From positions 1 to 35,727 of the forward strand of contig JAFVQV010000009.1 in the NCBI GenBank assembly GCA_017504645.1: a stretch of DNA of 35,727 nucleotides, given 5' to 3'. This document shows, piece after piece, positions 22,963 to 32,612 of this stretch. The translations under genes were made by a program, and so were the position numbers. This DNA comes from Clostridia bacterium (GTDB lineage Bacteria; Bacillota; Clostridia; Oscillospirales; Acutalibacteraceae). The notes under the pieces were generated by a model. It was not told the origin of the DNA and did no database searches. It was given only the letters and a program-made list of their open reading frames with translations. Every line of letters begins with the position of its first letter. Within the stretch, counting starts at the first letter, position 1.

Positions 22963-23235
22963 ATGCAGACAAAACGGATCCCCCTTCGGAAATGTACCGG
23001 CTGTGGGGAAATGAAACCGAAGCGAGAACTGGTGCGGGTCGTGAAAAGCCCTGATGGGGATATTTCCCTCGATCTGACCGGCAAAAAGGCAGGCCGCGGC
23101 GCCTATGTGTGCCCCGATGTGCTGTGCCTGCAGACCGCGCGCAAAGCACGGCGGTTTGAAAAAGCGTTTTCCTGCCGCATCCCTGAGCATGTGTATACGC
23201 AGATGGAGGAGGAATTGCGCGCCCATGAATCCTGA
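22963..23235 (+). CDS. ylxR: YlxR/RnpM (DUF448) RNA-binding protein
   Basis: 90 aa. PLRKCTGCGEMKPKRELVRVV and GRGAYVC motifs. Conserved position after nusA. Confidence 0.88.
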   Translation: MQTKRIPLRKCTGCGEMKPKRELVRVVKSPDGDISLDLTGKKAGRGAYVCPDVLCLQTARKARRFEKAFSCRIPEHVYTQMEEELRAHES

Positions 23236-23557
23236 CAAACTCTGCGGGCTGCTGGGTATGTGCCGCCGCTGCGGCCGGTTGGTGACCGGCTTTGACGCGG
23301 CAATCGCCGTGTGCGGCGAGACCGGCACCTTACTGATGACAGCGGCGGATGCGTCCCGTCGAACCGTCAAAGAATTACGGTTTTGTGCCGCTGCCCTGCC
23401 GATCTATCAGCTGCCCCTGACCAAGGAGGAGGTCGCCCGTGCCATTGGCAGTCAAAAGCCGGTGGCGGTGTTGGCGGTGTCCGACGAGGGATTTGCCACT
23501 GCGCTGCGACCCCTGTGCCTGCCCTATCACGATTTAGAGGAGGAATCCCACTTATGA
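23225..23557 (+). CDS. ylxQ: L7Ae-family ribosome-associated protein YlxQ
   Basis: 110 aa from ATG 23225, overlapping the ylxR stop. [16 protein letters not shown] is L7Ae-like. Conserved position before infB. The longer track ORF (from 23105) overlaps ylxR. Confidence 0.8.
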   Translation: MNPDKLCGLLGMCRRCGRLVTGFDAAIAVCGETGTLLMTAADASRRTVKELRFCAAALPIYQLPLTKEEVARAIGSQKPVAVLAVSDEGFATALRPLCLPYHDLEEESHL

Positions 23558-25908
23558 TGATTAAATACCGCGTCAGCGATGTTGCCAAAGATTTCGGTGT
23601 TCCCGGAAAGGAAATCATCGAGCTGTTGGCCAAGTATGTTGACACGCCCAAAAAGAGCGCTACTGCTCTGCAGGAGGACGAACTGGATCTGGTGTTCGAA
23701 TACTTTACTCAGAAGCATCAGATGGACAGTCTGGACGCCTATTTCGCCGCCGCCGATAAGCAGCGGGAGGAAAAGGCTGCCGCGAAAAAGGTCGAGGAGG
23801 CTCCTGCGGCGGTGACGGTGACCACCGATACGCCCGCAGAGGAGAAACCGCAGACCATTGCCGGCGCTCCCGCACCCGCTCCCAAGCCCAAAAAGGATAA
23901 GGACAAACAGCCCGCACCCCGTCGCGCTCCCGTGGAGCGTCGTACGGTGGATACTCGCGCCATTCAGACCAACGTGGGCGACAAATACGACGAGAAGTTT
24001 GATGTCATGGCACAGACCTCCAACCGCGTGCGCGGTGACGGCGGCGGCGTCAAAAAGCAGAAGATCAATCAGAAATCTCAGCAATACAAGAAGCCTCAGC
24101 GCCGTCGCGAGACAGAGGCGGAGCGCCTGAAGCGTATTCAGATGGAGCGCCAGAAGAAGCAGATGACCATCACCGTGGGTGAGACCATCACCGTTTCCGA
24201 GCTGGCTTTGCGCCTGAAGGCTACCGTCGCCGAGGTCATCAAGAAGCTGATGATGCTGGGCATGATGGTCACCGCCAATCAGGAGATCGACTTCGACACC
24301 GCTTTCCTGGTGGCAGAGGAATTCCACGCCAAGGTGGAGCGCGAGGTGGTCGTCACCATCGAGGAGCGCATCATTGACGACAGCGAGGACGCTGACGACA
24401 ACCTGCTGCCCCGCGATCCCGTGGTGGTGGTCATGGGTCACGTCGACCACGGTAAGACCTCCATTCTGGATGCCATTCGCAAAACCAAGGTCACCGACGG
24501 CGAGGCCGGCGGTATCACTCAGCACATCGGTGCGTATCGCGTAAACATCGACGGTCAGTCCATGACCTTCTTAGACACCCCCGGTCACGCGGCGTTTACC
24601 GCCATGCGTGCCCGCGGTGCGCAGGTCACCGATATCGCCATTCTGGTGGTGGCGGCGGATGACGGTATCATGCCCCAGACCATTGAAGCCATTAACCATG
24701 CCAAGGCGGCAGGGGTCTCCATCATCGTGGCCATCAACAAGATGGATAAACCTACCGCCAACCCCGATCGCGTGAAGCAGCAGCTGACCGAGTATGAGCT
24801 GGTTCCCGAGGAGTGGGGAGGCGACGTGATCTGTGTGCCGGTATCGGCGCTGACAGGTGACGGCATTGATTCTCTGCTGGAGACCGTTCTGTTGGTGGCG
24901 GAGGTCAAGGAACTGAAAGCCAATCCCGACCGCGCCGCCAAGGGTACGGTCATTGAAGCGCGACTGGATAAGGGTCGCGGCCCCATCGCCACCCTGCTGG
25001 TACAGAACGGCACCCTGCATGCGGGTGACGTGGTGGTGGCTGGTACGTCCGTGGGACGTGTCCGTGCCATGACCGACGATCGCGGTCGCAAGGTCAATGC
25101 CGCCGGTCCCTCTGTGCCCGTGGAGATCATGGGTCTGTCCGAGGTGCCCACCGCCGGCGATATCTTCAACGCGGTCAGCGACGAAAAGCTGGCCCGTGAG
25201 CTGGTGGAACAGCGCAAACAGGAAGCCAAGGAAGAGATCTTCCGTCAATATCAGAAGGTCACCCTGGATAACCTGTTCGATCAGATGCAGGTCAACGATA
25301 TGAAGGAACTGAGCATCATCGTCAAGGCAGACGTACAAGGCTCGGTGGAAGCGCTCAAACAGTCGCTGGAGAAGCTCAGCAACGACGAGGTGCGGGTGCG
25401 CGTCATCCACGGTGCCGTGGGCGCCGTCAGCGAAAGCGACGTCATGCTGGCACAGGCCTCCAAGGCCATCATTGTGGGCTTTAACGTCCGTCCCGATCCG
25501 TTGGCTCAGGTCGCGGCCGAAAACGCCGAGGTGGATATGCGGATGTACCGCATCATCTACGATTGCTTAGACGAGATCGAGGCGGCCATGAAGGGCATGC
25601 TGGCGCCCAAGACCCGCGAGGTACTCCACGGCCGTGCCGAGGTGCGTCAGGTGTACAAGATCACCGGTGTGGGCCTCGTTGCCGGCTGCTACGTGCTGGA
25701 CGGCAAGGTGTACCGCAACGATCTGCTCCGCATCGTCCGTGACGGCATCATCATCGGCGACGACAAGATGATCTCGCTGAAGCGCTTTAAGGACGACCAG
25801 AAAGAGGTCGCTCAGGGCTACGAATGCGGTATCGGTCTGGAGAAATTCACCGATATTCAAGAGGGCGACATTTACGAAACCTATATCATCGAGGAATACC
25901 GCGATTGA
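23554..25908 (+). CDS. infB: Translation initiation factor IF-2
   Basis: 784 aa from ATG 23554 (GAGGAGGA upstream, ATGA overlap with ylxQ). G-domain motifs [16 protein letters not shown] and NKMD. The track start at 23311 is an unsupported upstream extension. Confidence 0.95.
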   Translation: MMIKYRVSDVAKDFGVPGKEIIELLAKYVDTPKKSATALQEDELDLVFEYFTQKHQMDSLDAYFAAADKQREEKAAAKKVEEAPAAVTVTTDTPAEEKPQTIAGAPAPAPKPKKDKDKQPAPRRAPVERRTVDTRAIQTNVGDKYDEKFDVMAQTSNRVRGDGGGVKKQKINQKSQQYKKPQRRRETEAERLKRIQMERQKKQMTITVGETITVSELALRLKATVAEVIKKLMMLGMMVTANQEIDFDTAFLVAEEFHAKVEREVVVTIEERIIDDSEDADDNLLPRDPVVVVMGHVDHGKTSILDAIRKTKVTDGEAGGITQHIGAYRVNIDGQSMTFLDTPGHAAFTAMRARGAQVTDIAILVVAADDGIMPQTIEAINHAKAAGVSIIVAINKMDKPTANPDRVKQQLTEYELVPEEWGGDVICVPVSALTGDGIDSLLETVLLVAEVKELKANPDRAAKGTVIEARLDKGRGPIATLLVQNGTLHAGDVVVAGTSVGRVRAMTDDRGRKVNAAGPSVPVEIMGLSEVPTAGDIFNAVSDEKLARELVEQRKQEAKEEIFRQYQKVTLDNLFDQMQVNDMKELSIIVKADVQGSVEALKQSLEKLSNDEVRVRVIHGAVGAVSESDVMLAQASKAIIVGFNVRPDPLAQVAAENAEVDMRMYRIIYDCLDEIEAAMKGMLAPKTREVLHGRAEVRQVYKITGVGLVAGCYVLDGKVYRNDLLRIVRDGIIIGDDKMISLKRFKDDQKEVAQGYECGIGLEKFTDIQEGDIYETYIIEEYRD

Positions 25909-25926
25909 TCCGAAAGGAGATTCACT

Positions 25927-26295
25927 ATGTCCAGCTATCGTATGGACCGTACCGGTGAGGATATCATGCGGGAATTGACCGCTATCCTGCGCACCGTCAA
26001 GGATCCCCGCGTGACCGGACTTATCAGTATCGTTCGCGTGGATGTGACCCGCGACCTGTCCTATGCCACCGTGCACATCAGTGCTATGGACGGATTGGAT
26101 GCCGCCAAGGCGGCGGTCAAGGGTCTCACCTCCGCCGCAGGGTATATGCGGCGAGAATTAGGCAACGCGTTGAAATTGCGCCACGTACCGCAACTGCAAT
26201 TCGTGGCGGACGATTCCATCGCCTACAGCGCCCGCATCGCCCAAACACTGGAGGAGCTTTCCAAGGATACGAAAAAGGACGGGGACAGCCTATGA
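25927..26295 (+). CDS. rbfA: Ribosome-binding factor A
   Basis: 122 aa. RTGEDIMRELTAILRTVKDPRV...VTRDLSYATV is RbfA-like. RBS AAAGGAG. Confidence 0.92.
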   Translation: MSSYRMDRTGEDIMRELTAILRTVKDPRVTGLISIVRVDVTRDLSYATVHISAMDGLDAAKAAVKGLTSAAGYMRRELGNALKLRHVPQLQFVADDSIAYSARIAQTLEELSKDTKKDGDSL

Positions 26296-27257
26296 GCAAG
26301 CCCGTAACCGTTACACAGGCGGCGGCCATGCTATCTGCCGCCGATCGGGTGCTGATCCTGACCCACCAATTTCCCGACGGGGATACCCTCGGCTCGGGTT
26401 TTGCCCTCTGCCGCGCACTGCGGGCACTGGGCAAGCAGGCACAGGTGGTGTGCAGTGATCCCATTCCCGAAAAATACGACTATATGTTTGAGGAGCTGCC
26501 CGTGCAGGATTTTGAACCTGCCTTTATCTGTGCCGTGGACGTGGCAGACGCCGCGTTGTTGGGCGAGGGTCTGCTGCCCTACGCCGATCAGGTGGAGCTG
26601 TGCATCGACCATCACGCCTCCCATCGGGAATACGAACGGCAGCTGCTGTTGGATGCCACGATGGGCGCCACCGCCATGCTGATTCTACAGGTCATGGAAC
26701 AGATGGGCGTCACCGTGGACAGTGCCATGGCGGATTGTCTGTATACGGGCATTGCCACCGACACCGGTTGCTTTAAGTACAGCAACGTGACGCCCCTGGC
26801 CCACCGCATGGCGGCACAGCTCATCGAGGCGGGCGCTCACAGTGAGAGCATCAACCGCGCTATGTTTGATATCAAATCACGGGCGCGCTTGGCGCTGGAG
26901 CAGTTGGCGCTCAGCTCCATCACCTATTACTATCGCGATCGCTGTGCGGTCATGGTGATCACCGAGGATATGATGGAAACCACCGGCGCTACGGAAAACG
27001 ACATGGAGGGGTTATCCCCTCTGCCCCGTCAGATCGAGGGCGTGTGGGTGGGTCTCACCCTGCGCCGCAAGGATGACGGCAATTACAAAGTAAGCGTGCG
27101 CACCGGCAACCACGCCGATGCCGCACAGATCTGCGGACTGCTGGGCGGCGGCGGACATGCCCGCGCGGCAGGCTGTACTCTGTCGGGTACGGTAGAGGAG
27201 GTCACCGAACAGCTGCTGAAGGCTGTGGCCACTGCCGTTCCCCGCATTACCACGTAA
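26292..27257 (+). CDS. nrnA: DHH/DHHA1 phosphoesterase (NrnA-like oligoribonuclease / pAp phosphatase)
   Basis: 321 aa. DGDTLGS, DHHASH and GGGGHARAAG motifs. ATGA overlap with rbfA. Confidence 0.85.
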   Translation: MSKPVTVTQAAAMLSAADRVLILTHQFPDGDTLGSGFALCRALRALGKQAQVVCSDPIPEKYDYMFEELPVQDFEPAFICAVDVADAALLGEGLLPYADQVELCIDHHASHREYERQLLLDATMGATAMLILQVMEQMGVTVDSAMADCLYTGIATDTGCFKYSNVTPLAHRMAAQLIEAGAHSESINRAMFDIKSRARLALEQLALSSITYYYRDRCAVMVITEDMMETTGATENDMEGLSPLPRQIEGVWVGLTLRRKDDGNYKVSVRTGNHADAAQICGLLGGGGHARAAGCTLSGTVEEVTEQLLKAVATAVPRITT

Positions 27258-27267
27258 GGGGACGCGT

Positions 27268-28146
27268 ATGGACGGCATTTTATGCTTGGACAAGCCCCAG
27301 GAGATGACCTCCTTTGCCGCTTGCGCCCTACTACGGCGACTGATCGGCGAAAAAAAGGTGGGGCACGCGGGAACACTGGATCCCATGGCCACCGGTGTGC
27401 TGCCTCTGTTTTTCGGAAAAGCCACCCGCGCCATTCCCTTGCTCCCCTGTCACGACAAGACCTATACTGCCACGCTACAGTTTGGCAAGCGCAGTGACAC
27501 CCTGGACATTTGGGGGACGGTCACCGCTACGGGCGGTACCATCCCCACCCTATCTGCCATTGAGGCGGCGCTCTCTGCCTTTCGGGGTGAGATCCTACAG
27601 ATCCCGCCCATGACCTCGGCACTGAAAAAGGACGGCGTACGGCTATATGAGCTGGCACGTCAAGGCATCGAGGTGGAACGCGAGGCACGCCCCGTCACCA
27701 TCTATTCATTAGAGATCGACGGGTACGACGAGGGCAGCGGTTGTTTGCAGCTGACCTGCTCCTGCTCCGCGGGAACGTATATTCGCACGTTGTGCGATGA
27801 TCTGGGGCGGGCGTTAGGCTGCGGCGCGGTCATGACGGCTCTGCGACGCACGGCCGCGGCGGGATATACCTTGGCACAATGCTTTACACCCGACGACTGT
27901 CGGCGGATGGCGGAAAACGGCGAGCTTCCCTCTCACCTACAGCCGGTGGACACGGCGTTTGTCACCTATCCTACCTTGACCGTAACTGCGCCGCAGGCCA
28001 ATCGCTTTCGCAACGGCGGGGCGCTGGCACTTACACGGCTGAACCGTCCGGTAGACAGCACCGTGCGCGTGTATGCGCCGGACAATACCTTTTTGGGGCT
28101 GGGAGTCCCTGAACACGACGAATTGCAGATACTTCGCCTTTTCTAA
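27268..28146 (+). CDS. truB: tRNA pseudouridine-55 synthase TruB
   Basis: 292 aa. GHAGTLDPMATGVLPL is the catalytic Asp motif. Conserved operon position. Confidence 0.93.
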   Translation: MDGILCLDKPQEMTSFAACALLRRLIGEKKVGHAGTLDPMATGVLPLFFGKATRAIPLLPCHDKTYTATLQFGKRSDTLDIWGTVTATGGTIPTLSAIEAALSAFRGEILQIPPMTSALKKDGVRLYELARQGIEVEREARPVTIYSLEIDGYDEGSGCLQLTCSCSAGTYIRTLCDDLGRALGCGAVMTALRRTAAAGYTLAQCFTPDDCRRMAENGELPSHLQPVDTAFVTYPTLTVTAPQANRFRNGGALALTRLNRPVDSTVRVYAPDNTFLGLGVPEHDELQILRLF

Positions 28147-28160
28147 AGGAGGAATACACC

Positions 28161-28874
28161 ATGCAAGAACATAACGAGTTAGTACAGGAGCCTGTCAAAA
28201 AGCGCCGCGGACGAGTGCGTTACGCCGCACCGCTGGGATTTTTGGTGCTGCTGTTTGCCTTGATCGGCGTGATCTCCGTCATCGTAGGCGGGATCGGGCT
28301 GATACAAAAATGGACCGACGATACCCCCTTGCGAGAGGAAATGTACACCTTTTTGGATCCGGTGATGCAGTTCTTCCCCTCGGATTTTGAGGATGCCGGT
28401 GAGGACGGGCAGGATTCTCTGCTATTGGCGGCCGTATACCGCGTGAGCGAGGCGGAGCGCATCCGCCAGCTGCGGGAAAAGGACGACACCTGTGCCTACG
28501 AGCTGGACGAGACCCAGTGGCGCATGAAGATCCCCGAAACGGTGATCAGCGACTCCTTTGCCCACCTATTCGGCGACGCAGCACTGACCCACCGCACCGT
28601 AGGTGAGGTGGAATACAAGGCCGACGAAAAGTTGTATTACGTCCCCTTGTCCATCAACACCTCCGGTTACACGCCGGTGATCGGCTCCATCAAGCGCAGC
28701 GGTGAACAGTACGCGGTGGAGGTCACCTATGTGGCGAACACGGACATTGAGGTAAACGACAAAGGCGAATCCGTTCCGCCCACCTTTGATATGGGCAAAT
28801 ACACCCAGCGATACACCGTACGGCGCGGCGAGGATAAATCCCTCACCCTGCTTTCGGTGGCGGCAGTGGGATAA
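28161..28874 (+). CDS. Hypothetical N-terminally membrane-anchored protein
   Basis: 237 aa. AAGGAGGA RBS, 14 nt after truB. One TM segment (LGFLVLLFALIGVISVIVGGIGLI). No family recognised. Confidence 0.6.
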   Translation: MQEHNELVQEPVKKRRGRVRYAAPLGFLVLLFALIGVISVIVGGIGLIQKWTDDTPLREEMYTFLDPVMQFFPSDFEDAGEDGQDSLLLAAVYRVSEAERIRQLREKDDTCAYELDETQWRMKIPETVISDSFAHLFGDAALTHRTVGEVEYKADEKLYYVPLSINTSGYTPVIGSIKRSGEQYAVEVTYVANTDIEVNDKGESVPPTFDMGKYTQRYTVRRGEDKSLTLLSVAAVG

Positions 28875-28880
28875 ATACAC

Positions 28881-28917
28881 AAAAAAAGAAGACCCCCGAC
28901 GGGGTCTTCTTTTTTTG
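28881..28917. terminator. Bidirectional intrinsic terminator (truB operon / capD-like gene)
   Basis: Stem agaagacccc/ggggtcttct (28887-28896 with 28901-28910) and loop cgac. An A-run lies 5' and a T-run 3'. Confidence 0.8.
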
Positions 28918-28922
28918 TACAA

Positions 28923-30869
28923 TCACACGGTGGTGGTTTCACCGCGGGAGATATGGGAGTAGTTGAGATCTGCCATTTTAGCGGCGTTGACCTCCTCGGG
29001 ACTCTTATAGGTGGGGATCAGCCGTTTCATGGTCGCTATCAGCTGAGAGGGAGAATCGGCGCTGAGCACATCGTCCAGTATTTTCAGTTTCTCCTCCAAC
29101 AGTTGGGGTGTAATCGGCTCCCGCTGGCGTTCGATAAAGATCTTATGATTGGGGGTCGCCACCAGATTCTCGTTGCGCATCAGCAGCTCCTCATACAGCT
29201 TCTCGCCGGGGCGCAGGCCCGTTTCCACAATGGGCATGTCCACATACGGCGTGTAGCCCGAAAGGCGGATGAGGTTTTCTGCCAGCTCCAGAATGCTGAC
29301 CGGACTGCCCATATCCAGCACAAAGATCTCCGAATCGTTTGCCATGGCACCCGCCTGCAGTACCAGCTGGGCCGCCTCGGGAATGGTCATGAAATAGCGG
29401 ATGATGCGCTTATCGGTCACGGTAACGGGACCGCCGTGGCGGATCTGCCGCTGGAACAGCGGGATCACCGAACCGTTGGAGCCCAGCACATTGCCGAACC
29501 GCACCGCCGCATAACGGGTGCTGCCCGACGACGCCATGCTCTGCACGATCATTTCACACAGGCGTTTGGTGGCGCCCATCACGTTGGTGGGGTTTACCGC
29601 CTTGTCGGTGGAGATCAGGATAAAGCGCTCCGCGTGGTACTTCTGCGCCGCCTTTGCCACATGATAGGTGCCGAACACATTGTTGCGCACCGCTTCCTCG
29701 GGGCAATCCTCCATCAGCGGCACGTGCTTATGCGCCGCCGCGTGGAATACGATCTGGGGACGATACCGTTCGAACAAGCGGTCGATCTTACGTTCATCCC
29801 GCACCGAGGCGATCTCCACGCTCAGGTTCAGGGACGGATGATCGAACTTCAGCTCCTGCTGAATGTCGTAGGCGTTGTTCTCGTAAATGTCCAACACGAT
29901 GAGCTGACGGGGGTTCTGGCGGGCGATCTGACGGCACAGCTCCGAGCCGATGGAACCGCCGCCGCCCGTAACCATAACCACCTTATCCGACAGAAAATGA
30001 TAGATCTCTTGGTTTTCAAAGTCTACCGGCTCTCTGCCCAGTAGGTCTTCGATGCTCACCTCGCGGATCTTTTTGATCATGCTGTCCGCGGGACCGCTCA
30101 TCAGGGTAAGCACATCCGGCAGCAGGCGCACCCGACATTTCAGCGGCATGCACAGTTCCAGTATCTCACGGCTGCGTTCCTTGCTTGCCGACGGGATGGC
30201 CACCAGAATCTCGCGGGCGCCGTATTTTTTCATATATGTTTCCAGGTTGCTGATGGGGCCCTCAATGGGGATGCCGCGAATACGGCGACCCATCTTATTG
30301 GGGTCGTCATCCAACAAGCAGACGGGACGGTATCCGCTGCCGATGTTGCGCAGCATCTCATCCAGCAGCATGACACCCGCATCGCCCGCGCCGATAATGA
30401 GCAGGGGGATTCCCTCCCGCAAGTGACTTTGGATGAGATATTCACGGTAGCGGCGGTAGGCAAAGCGTACCGCCAGCATCACCAGCAACGGAAACACCGC
30501 CGCCAACAGCGTCAGCGTAAAGGGCGGACGGGGCGGCAGCCAGTAGGCCACCAGCAAATATACCGCATACCCCGCAAAAGCCGCACCGATGAGTGACAAA
30601 TATTCTCGACTTTCTGCGTACGCCCACAGGCTTTTATAGGTTCTGAATACAATGAGAAACGCGGAAATACAGATGCCCAGCAGTATCAAATGGTTCCCCA
30701 GACTGTCAGTGGGCAAGCGGTGCTCTCCGTATAGATTGAGAACCAGCAGCGCCGCGTAAGAGGCTGTCAGAATGAACAAATCCAAGCCCATCATCAACAG
30801 CTCGCGCATCCCTTTTCGGTTGGACAGATTCTTTAAGAACTGCATGTCCTCGGCGTAGCCGTCAGCCAC
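28923..30869 (-). CDS. Membrane-bound polysaccharide biosynthesis NDP-sugar 4,6-dehydratase/epimerase (CapD/PglF/WbpM-like)
   Basis: 648 aa. N-terminal TM segments, LIIGAGDAG and VTGGGGSIGSEL Rossmann motifs. GTG start with GGAGGGG upstream. Confidence 0.88.
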   Translation of the reverse strand: MADGYAEDMQFLKNLSNRKGMRELLMMGLDLFILTASYAALLVLNLYGEHRLPTDSLGNHLILLGICISAFLIVFRTYKSLWAYAESREYLSLIGAAFAGYAVYLLVAYWLPPRPPFTLTLLAAVFPLLVMLAVRFAYRRYREYLIQSHLREGIPLLIIGAGDAGVMLLDEMLRNIGSGYRPVCLLDDDPNKMGRRIRGIPIEGPISNLETYMKKYGAREILVAIPSASKERSREILELCMPLKCRVRLLPDVLTLMSGPADSMIKKIREVSIEDLLGREPVDFENQEIYHFLSDKVVMVTGGGGSIGSELCRQIARQNPRQLIVLDIYENNAYDIQQELKFDHPSLNLSVEIASVRDERKIDRLFERYRPQIVFHAAAHKHVPLMEDCPEEAVRNNVFGTYHVAKAAQKYHAERFILISTDKAVNPTNVMGATKRLCEMIVQSMASSGSTRYAAVRFGNVLGSNGSVIPLFQRQIRHGGPVTVTDKRIIRYFMTIPEAAQLVLQAGAMANDSEIFVLDMGSPVSILELAENLIRLSGYTPYVDMPIVETGLRPGEKLYEELLMRNENLVATPNHKIFIERQREPITPQLLEEKLKILDDVLSADSPSQLIATMKRLIPTYKSPEEVNAAKMADLNYSHISRGETTTV

Positions 30870-30956
30870 GCCGCCCCTCCTTTACAGAAAAAGAAAGACC
30901 TTCTACAACGATCGGCTCCCACGGGGATGATCTTTCAAAGGTCTGCTCTTTGTTAT

Positions 30957-31685
30957 TTATTTGCCGTCTACCGTGGCAGAGGTATAGGAATAATCGTAGG
31001 ATTTATAATACTTGTACCGATCGTACTTGCCGTAGGTGCGGCCGTTTTCTTTCATATCGGTGATGACCGCGCCCAGCAGGTTGCCCTGCACATCCTTGAC
31101 GTTGTCCACGGCGTGCTGCAATTCCTCATAGGTGGTCTGGCGCTGACGACATACCAGTACGATGCCGGCGGCTTTATCGCTGAGGACCAGCGCATCCGAA
31201 ACCACGCACAGAGGCGGCGTGTCTACAAAAATATAGTCGTAATGCTCCTGCATTTCGCTCAAGAAATTACCCATAGCCTCGGAGCCCAGCAGCTCGCTGG
31301 GGTTGGGCGGCAGGGTGCCGCAGGTGATCAGGTCGAGGCCCTTTGCCACCTCACGGCAAACGCATTCTTCATACGTCATCAATCCCGACAGGATCATGGA
31401 CAGACCGTTGGCCTTTTTGAGACGAAACACCTTGTGCTGCGACGGCTTGCGCATGTCCGCATCGATCAGCAACACCCGCGCGCCGGTCTGCGCCATGGTG
31501 ATGGCCAGGTTGGAGGCGGCGGTGGATTTGCCCGCGTTGGGCTCGGCACTGGAAATGATAACCACCTTGCTGTTGGCGGTCGCCAGTGCAAACAGCAGAT
31601 TGGTGCGGATCGCCTTGTACGCCTCTACGATCTGGAAGGTGCTGGCGATGGGACGGGTGGGAAGGTTCGATTTTTGCTTAGCCAC
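30957..31685 (-). CDS. cpsD: Capsular polysaccharide tyrosine autokinase (BY-kinase, CpsD/YwqD-like)
   Basis: 242 aa. Walker A SAEPNAGKST and Walker A' LLIDADMRKP. C-terminal Tyr cluster YGKYDRYKYYKSYDYSY. GTG start overlaps the upstream gene by 8 nt. Confidence 0.9.
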   Translation of the reverse strand: MAKQKSNLPTRPIASTFQIVEAYKAIRTNLLFALATANSKVVIISSAEPNAGKSTAASNLAITMAQTGARVLLIDADMRKPSQHKVFRLKKANGLSMILSGLMTYEECVCREVAKGLDLITCGTLPPNPSELLGSEAMGNFLSEMQEHYDYIFVDTPPLCVVSDALVLSDKAAGIVLVCRQRQTTYEELQHAVDNVKDVQGNLLGAVITDMKENGRTYGKYDRYKYYKSYDYSYTSATVDGK

Positions 31686-32376
31686 GCTTTGCCCCTCCTT
31701 TTACCGCCAAATCAAAACTGGGGATCTCACCCAGAACCGGAATATCCAAACGCATGCGAAGATCATCCTTATCGCGAACGGTGTTGTCAAACAGCGTGCG
31801 CAGCAGAACGATCGCCACCGCAAGCACCAGGCCGATCAAGCCGCCGATAACCGCGGTTTTCATGGTGTTAGGGCCGGTCTTGACAGCAACCTGCGCATCC
31901 TCGTATACGGTTGCCACGCCGGTCTCGCCGGTCTTTTCAAACGCTTTTGCAGAAGCGTTTGCCATCAAGCGGCAAGCATCCTGCGCCAGATCGGGATCGG
32001 CGTGCGTCACCATGATCTGCAAGAACGAGGTCTCCTCCGTTTGGGAGAAGGACACCGCCGATCTCAGCTCACCGGCGGTCATTTTTCCGCCCAACTGCGT
32101 GGATACCTCCCGCAGCGTGGTGTTGGTAGTGGCCGCCACTCGGATGGTCTTTGCCAACCGTTCGGACGCCGTCAGGTTGCTGGAAGTCGCCGCGTTGGCA
32201 TTATAGTCCTGCGACACGTTTTTAACGTAAAGCTTTGCCGACGAGGTATACTGATCCTCCACAAACAAAGCCGTATACCCACCGAACAGCACGGCGCCGA
32301 TCACAACAGCAGCCACAATCCATTTGATGCGTGCCAGCAACAAATAGAAAATTGACCGCAAATCCAATTCCTGCAT
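31678..32376 (-). CDS. cpsC: Wzz/CpsC/YwqC-like chain-length determinant (BY-kinase transmembrane modulator)
   Basis: 232 aa from ATG 32376. Two TM segments flank an extracellular domain. It lies immediately upstream of, and overlaps, the kinase gene. The longer track ORF begins at a TTG with no RBS. Confidence 0.8.
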   Translation of the reverse strand: MQELDLRSIFYLLLARIKWIVAAVVIGAVLFGGYTALFVEDQYTSSAKLYVKNVSQDYNANAATSSNLTASERLAKTIRVAATTNTTLREVSTQLGGKMTAGELRSAVSFSQTEETSFLQIMVTHADPDLAQDACRLMANASAKAFEKTGETGVATVYEDAQVAVKTGPNTMKTAVIGGLIGLVLAVAIVLLRTLFDNTVRDKDDLRMRLDIPVLGEIPSFDLAVKGGAKRG

Positions 32377-32477
32377 GAGAGCAATCCTTTCTTTCGACAA
32401 GGGGGTTACCTTGCCGCTTTTTTGGTGCGGAGAACGCCGCACCCGCGAATAAAACAAATTTTATCCATACGGTACTC

Positions 32478-32506
32478 ATTATACGAAACTTTCCCAAGTT
32501 CGTCAA
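32478..32506 (-). promoter_or_regulatory. Candidate sigma-70-type promoter of the capsule module
   Basis: Minus strand reads TTGACG (32506-32501), a 17-nt spacer, then TATAAT (32483-32478). The leader of about 95 nt contains the hairpin ggtgcgg/ccgcacc (32424-32443). Confidence 0.55.
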
Positions 32507-32550
32507 CCCTTTATTTTTTTGTATTTTCAGGAAAAAGTGGCGTTTTGCGG

Positions 32551-32579
32551 TTGAAAATGAAAACGGAATTTTATATAAT
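32551..32579 (+). promoter_or_regulatory. Candidate sigma-70-type promoter of oadB-oadG-proS
   Basis: TTGAAA (32551-32556), a 17-nt spacer, then TATAAT (32574-32579). Confidence 0.6.
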
Positions 32580-32612
32580 GGGTGTATATGTCATTTGGAA
32601 AGGAAGTTGGGC

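Noticed and set aside
23311-23553. Upstream extension of the IF-2 ORF (81 extra residues)
   Set aside because: It overlaps ylxQ in another frame and is Gly/Arg/Cys-rich nonsense. A strong GAGGAGGA RBS precedes the internal ATG at 23554, which gives the conserved IF-2 N-terminus.
21895-25410. Long minus-strand ORFs (21895-23370, 23527-24525 and 24571-25410)
   Set aside because: They are antisense to nusA and infB, both of which have unambiguous domain signatures. Their composition is typical of reverse-frame artefacts.
30870-30956. Inverted repeat AGACCTT (30897-30903) / AAGGTCT (30939-30945) between the kinase and capD-like genes
   Set aside because: It has only 7-bp arms separated by 35 nt, with no U-tract. 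The evidence is too weak to call a terminator or operator.
28953-32355. Plus-strand ORFs 28953-30044, 30927-31850 and 31303-32355
   Set aside because: They are antisense to the CapD-like, BY-kinase and Wzz-like genes, with no motifs or RBS.
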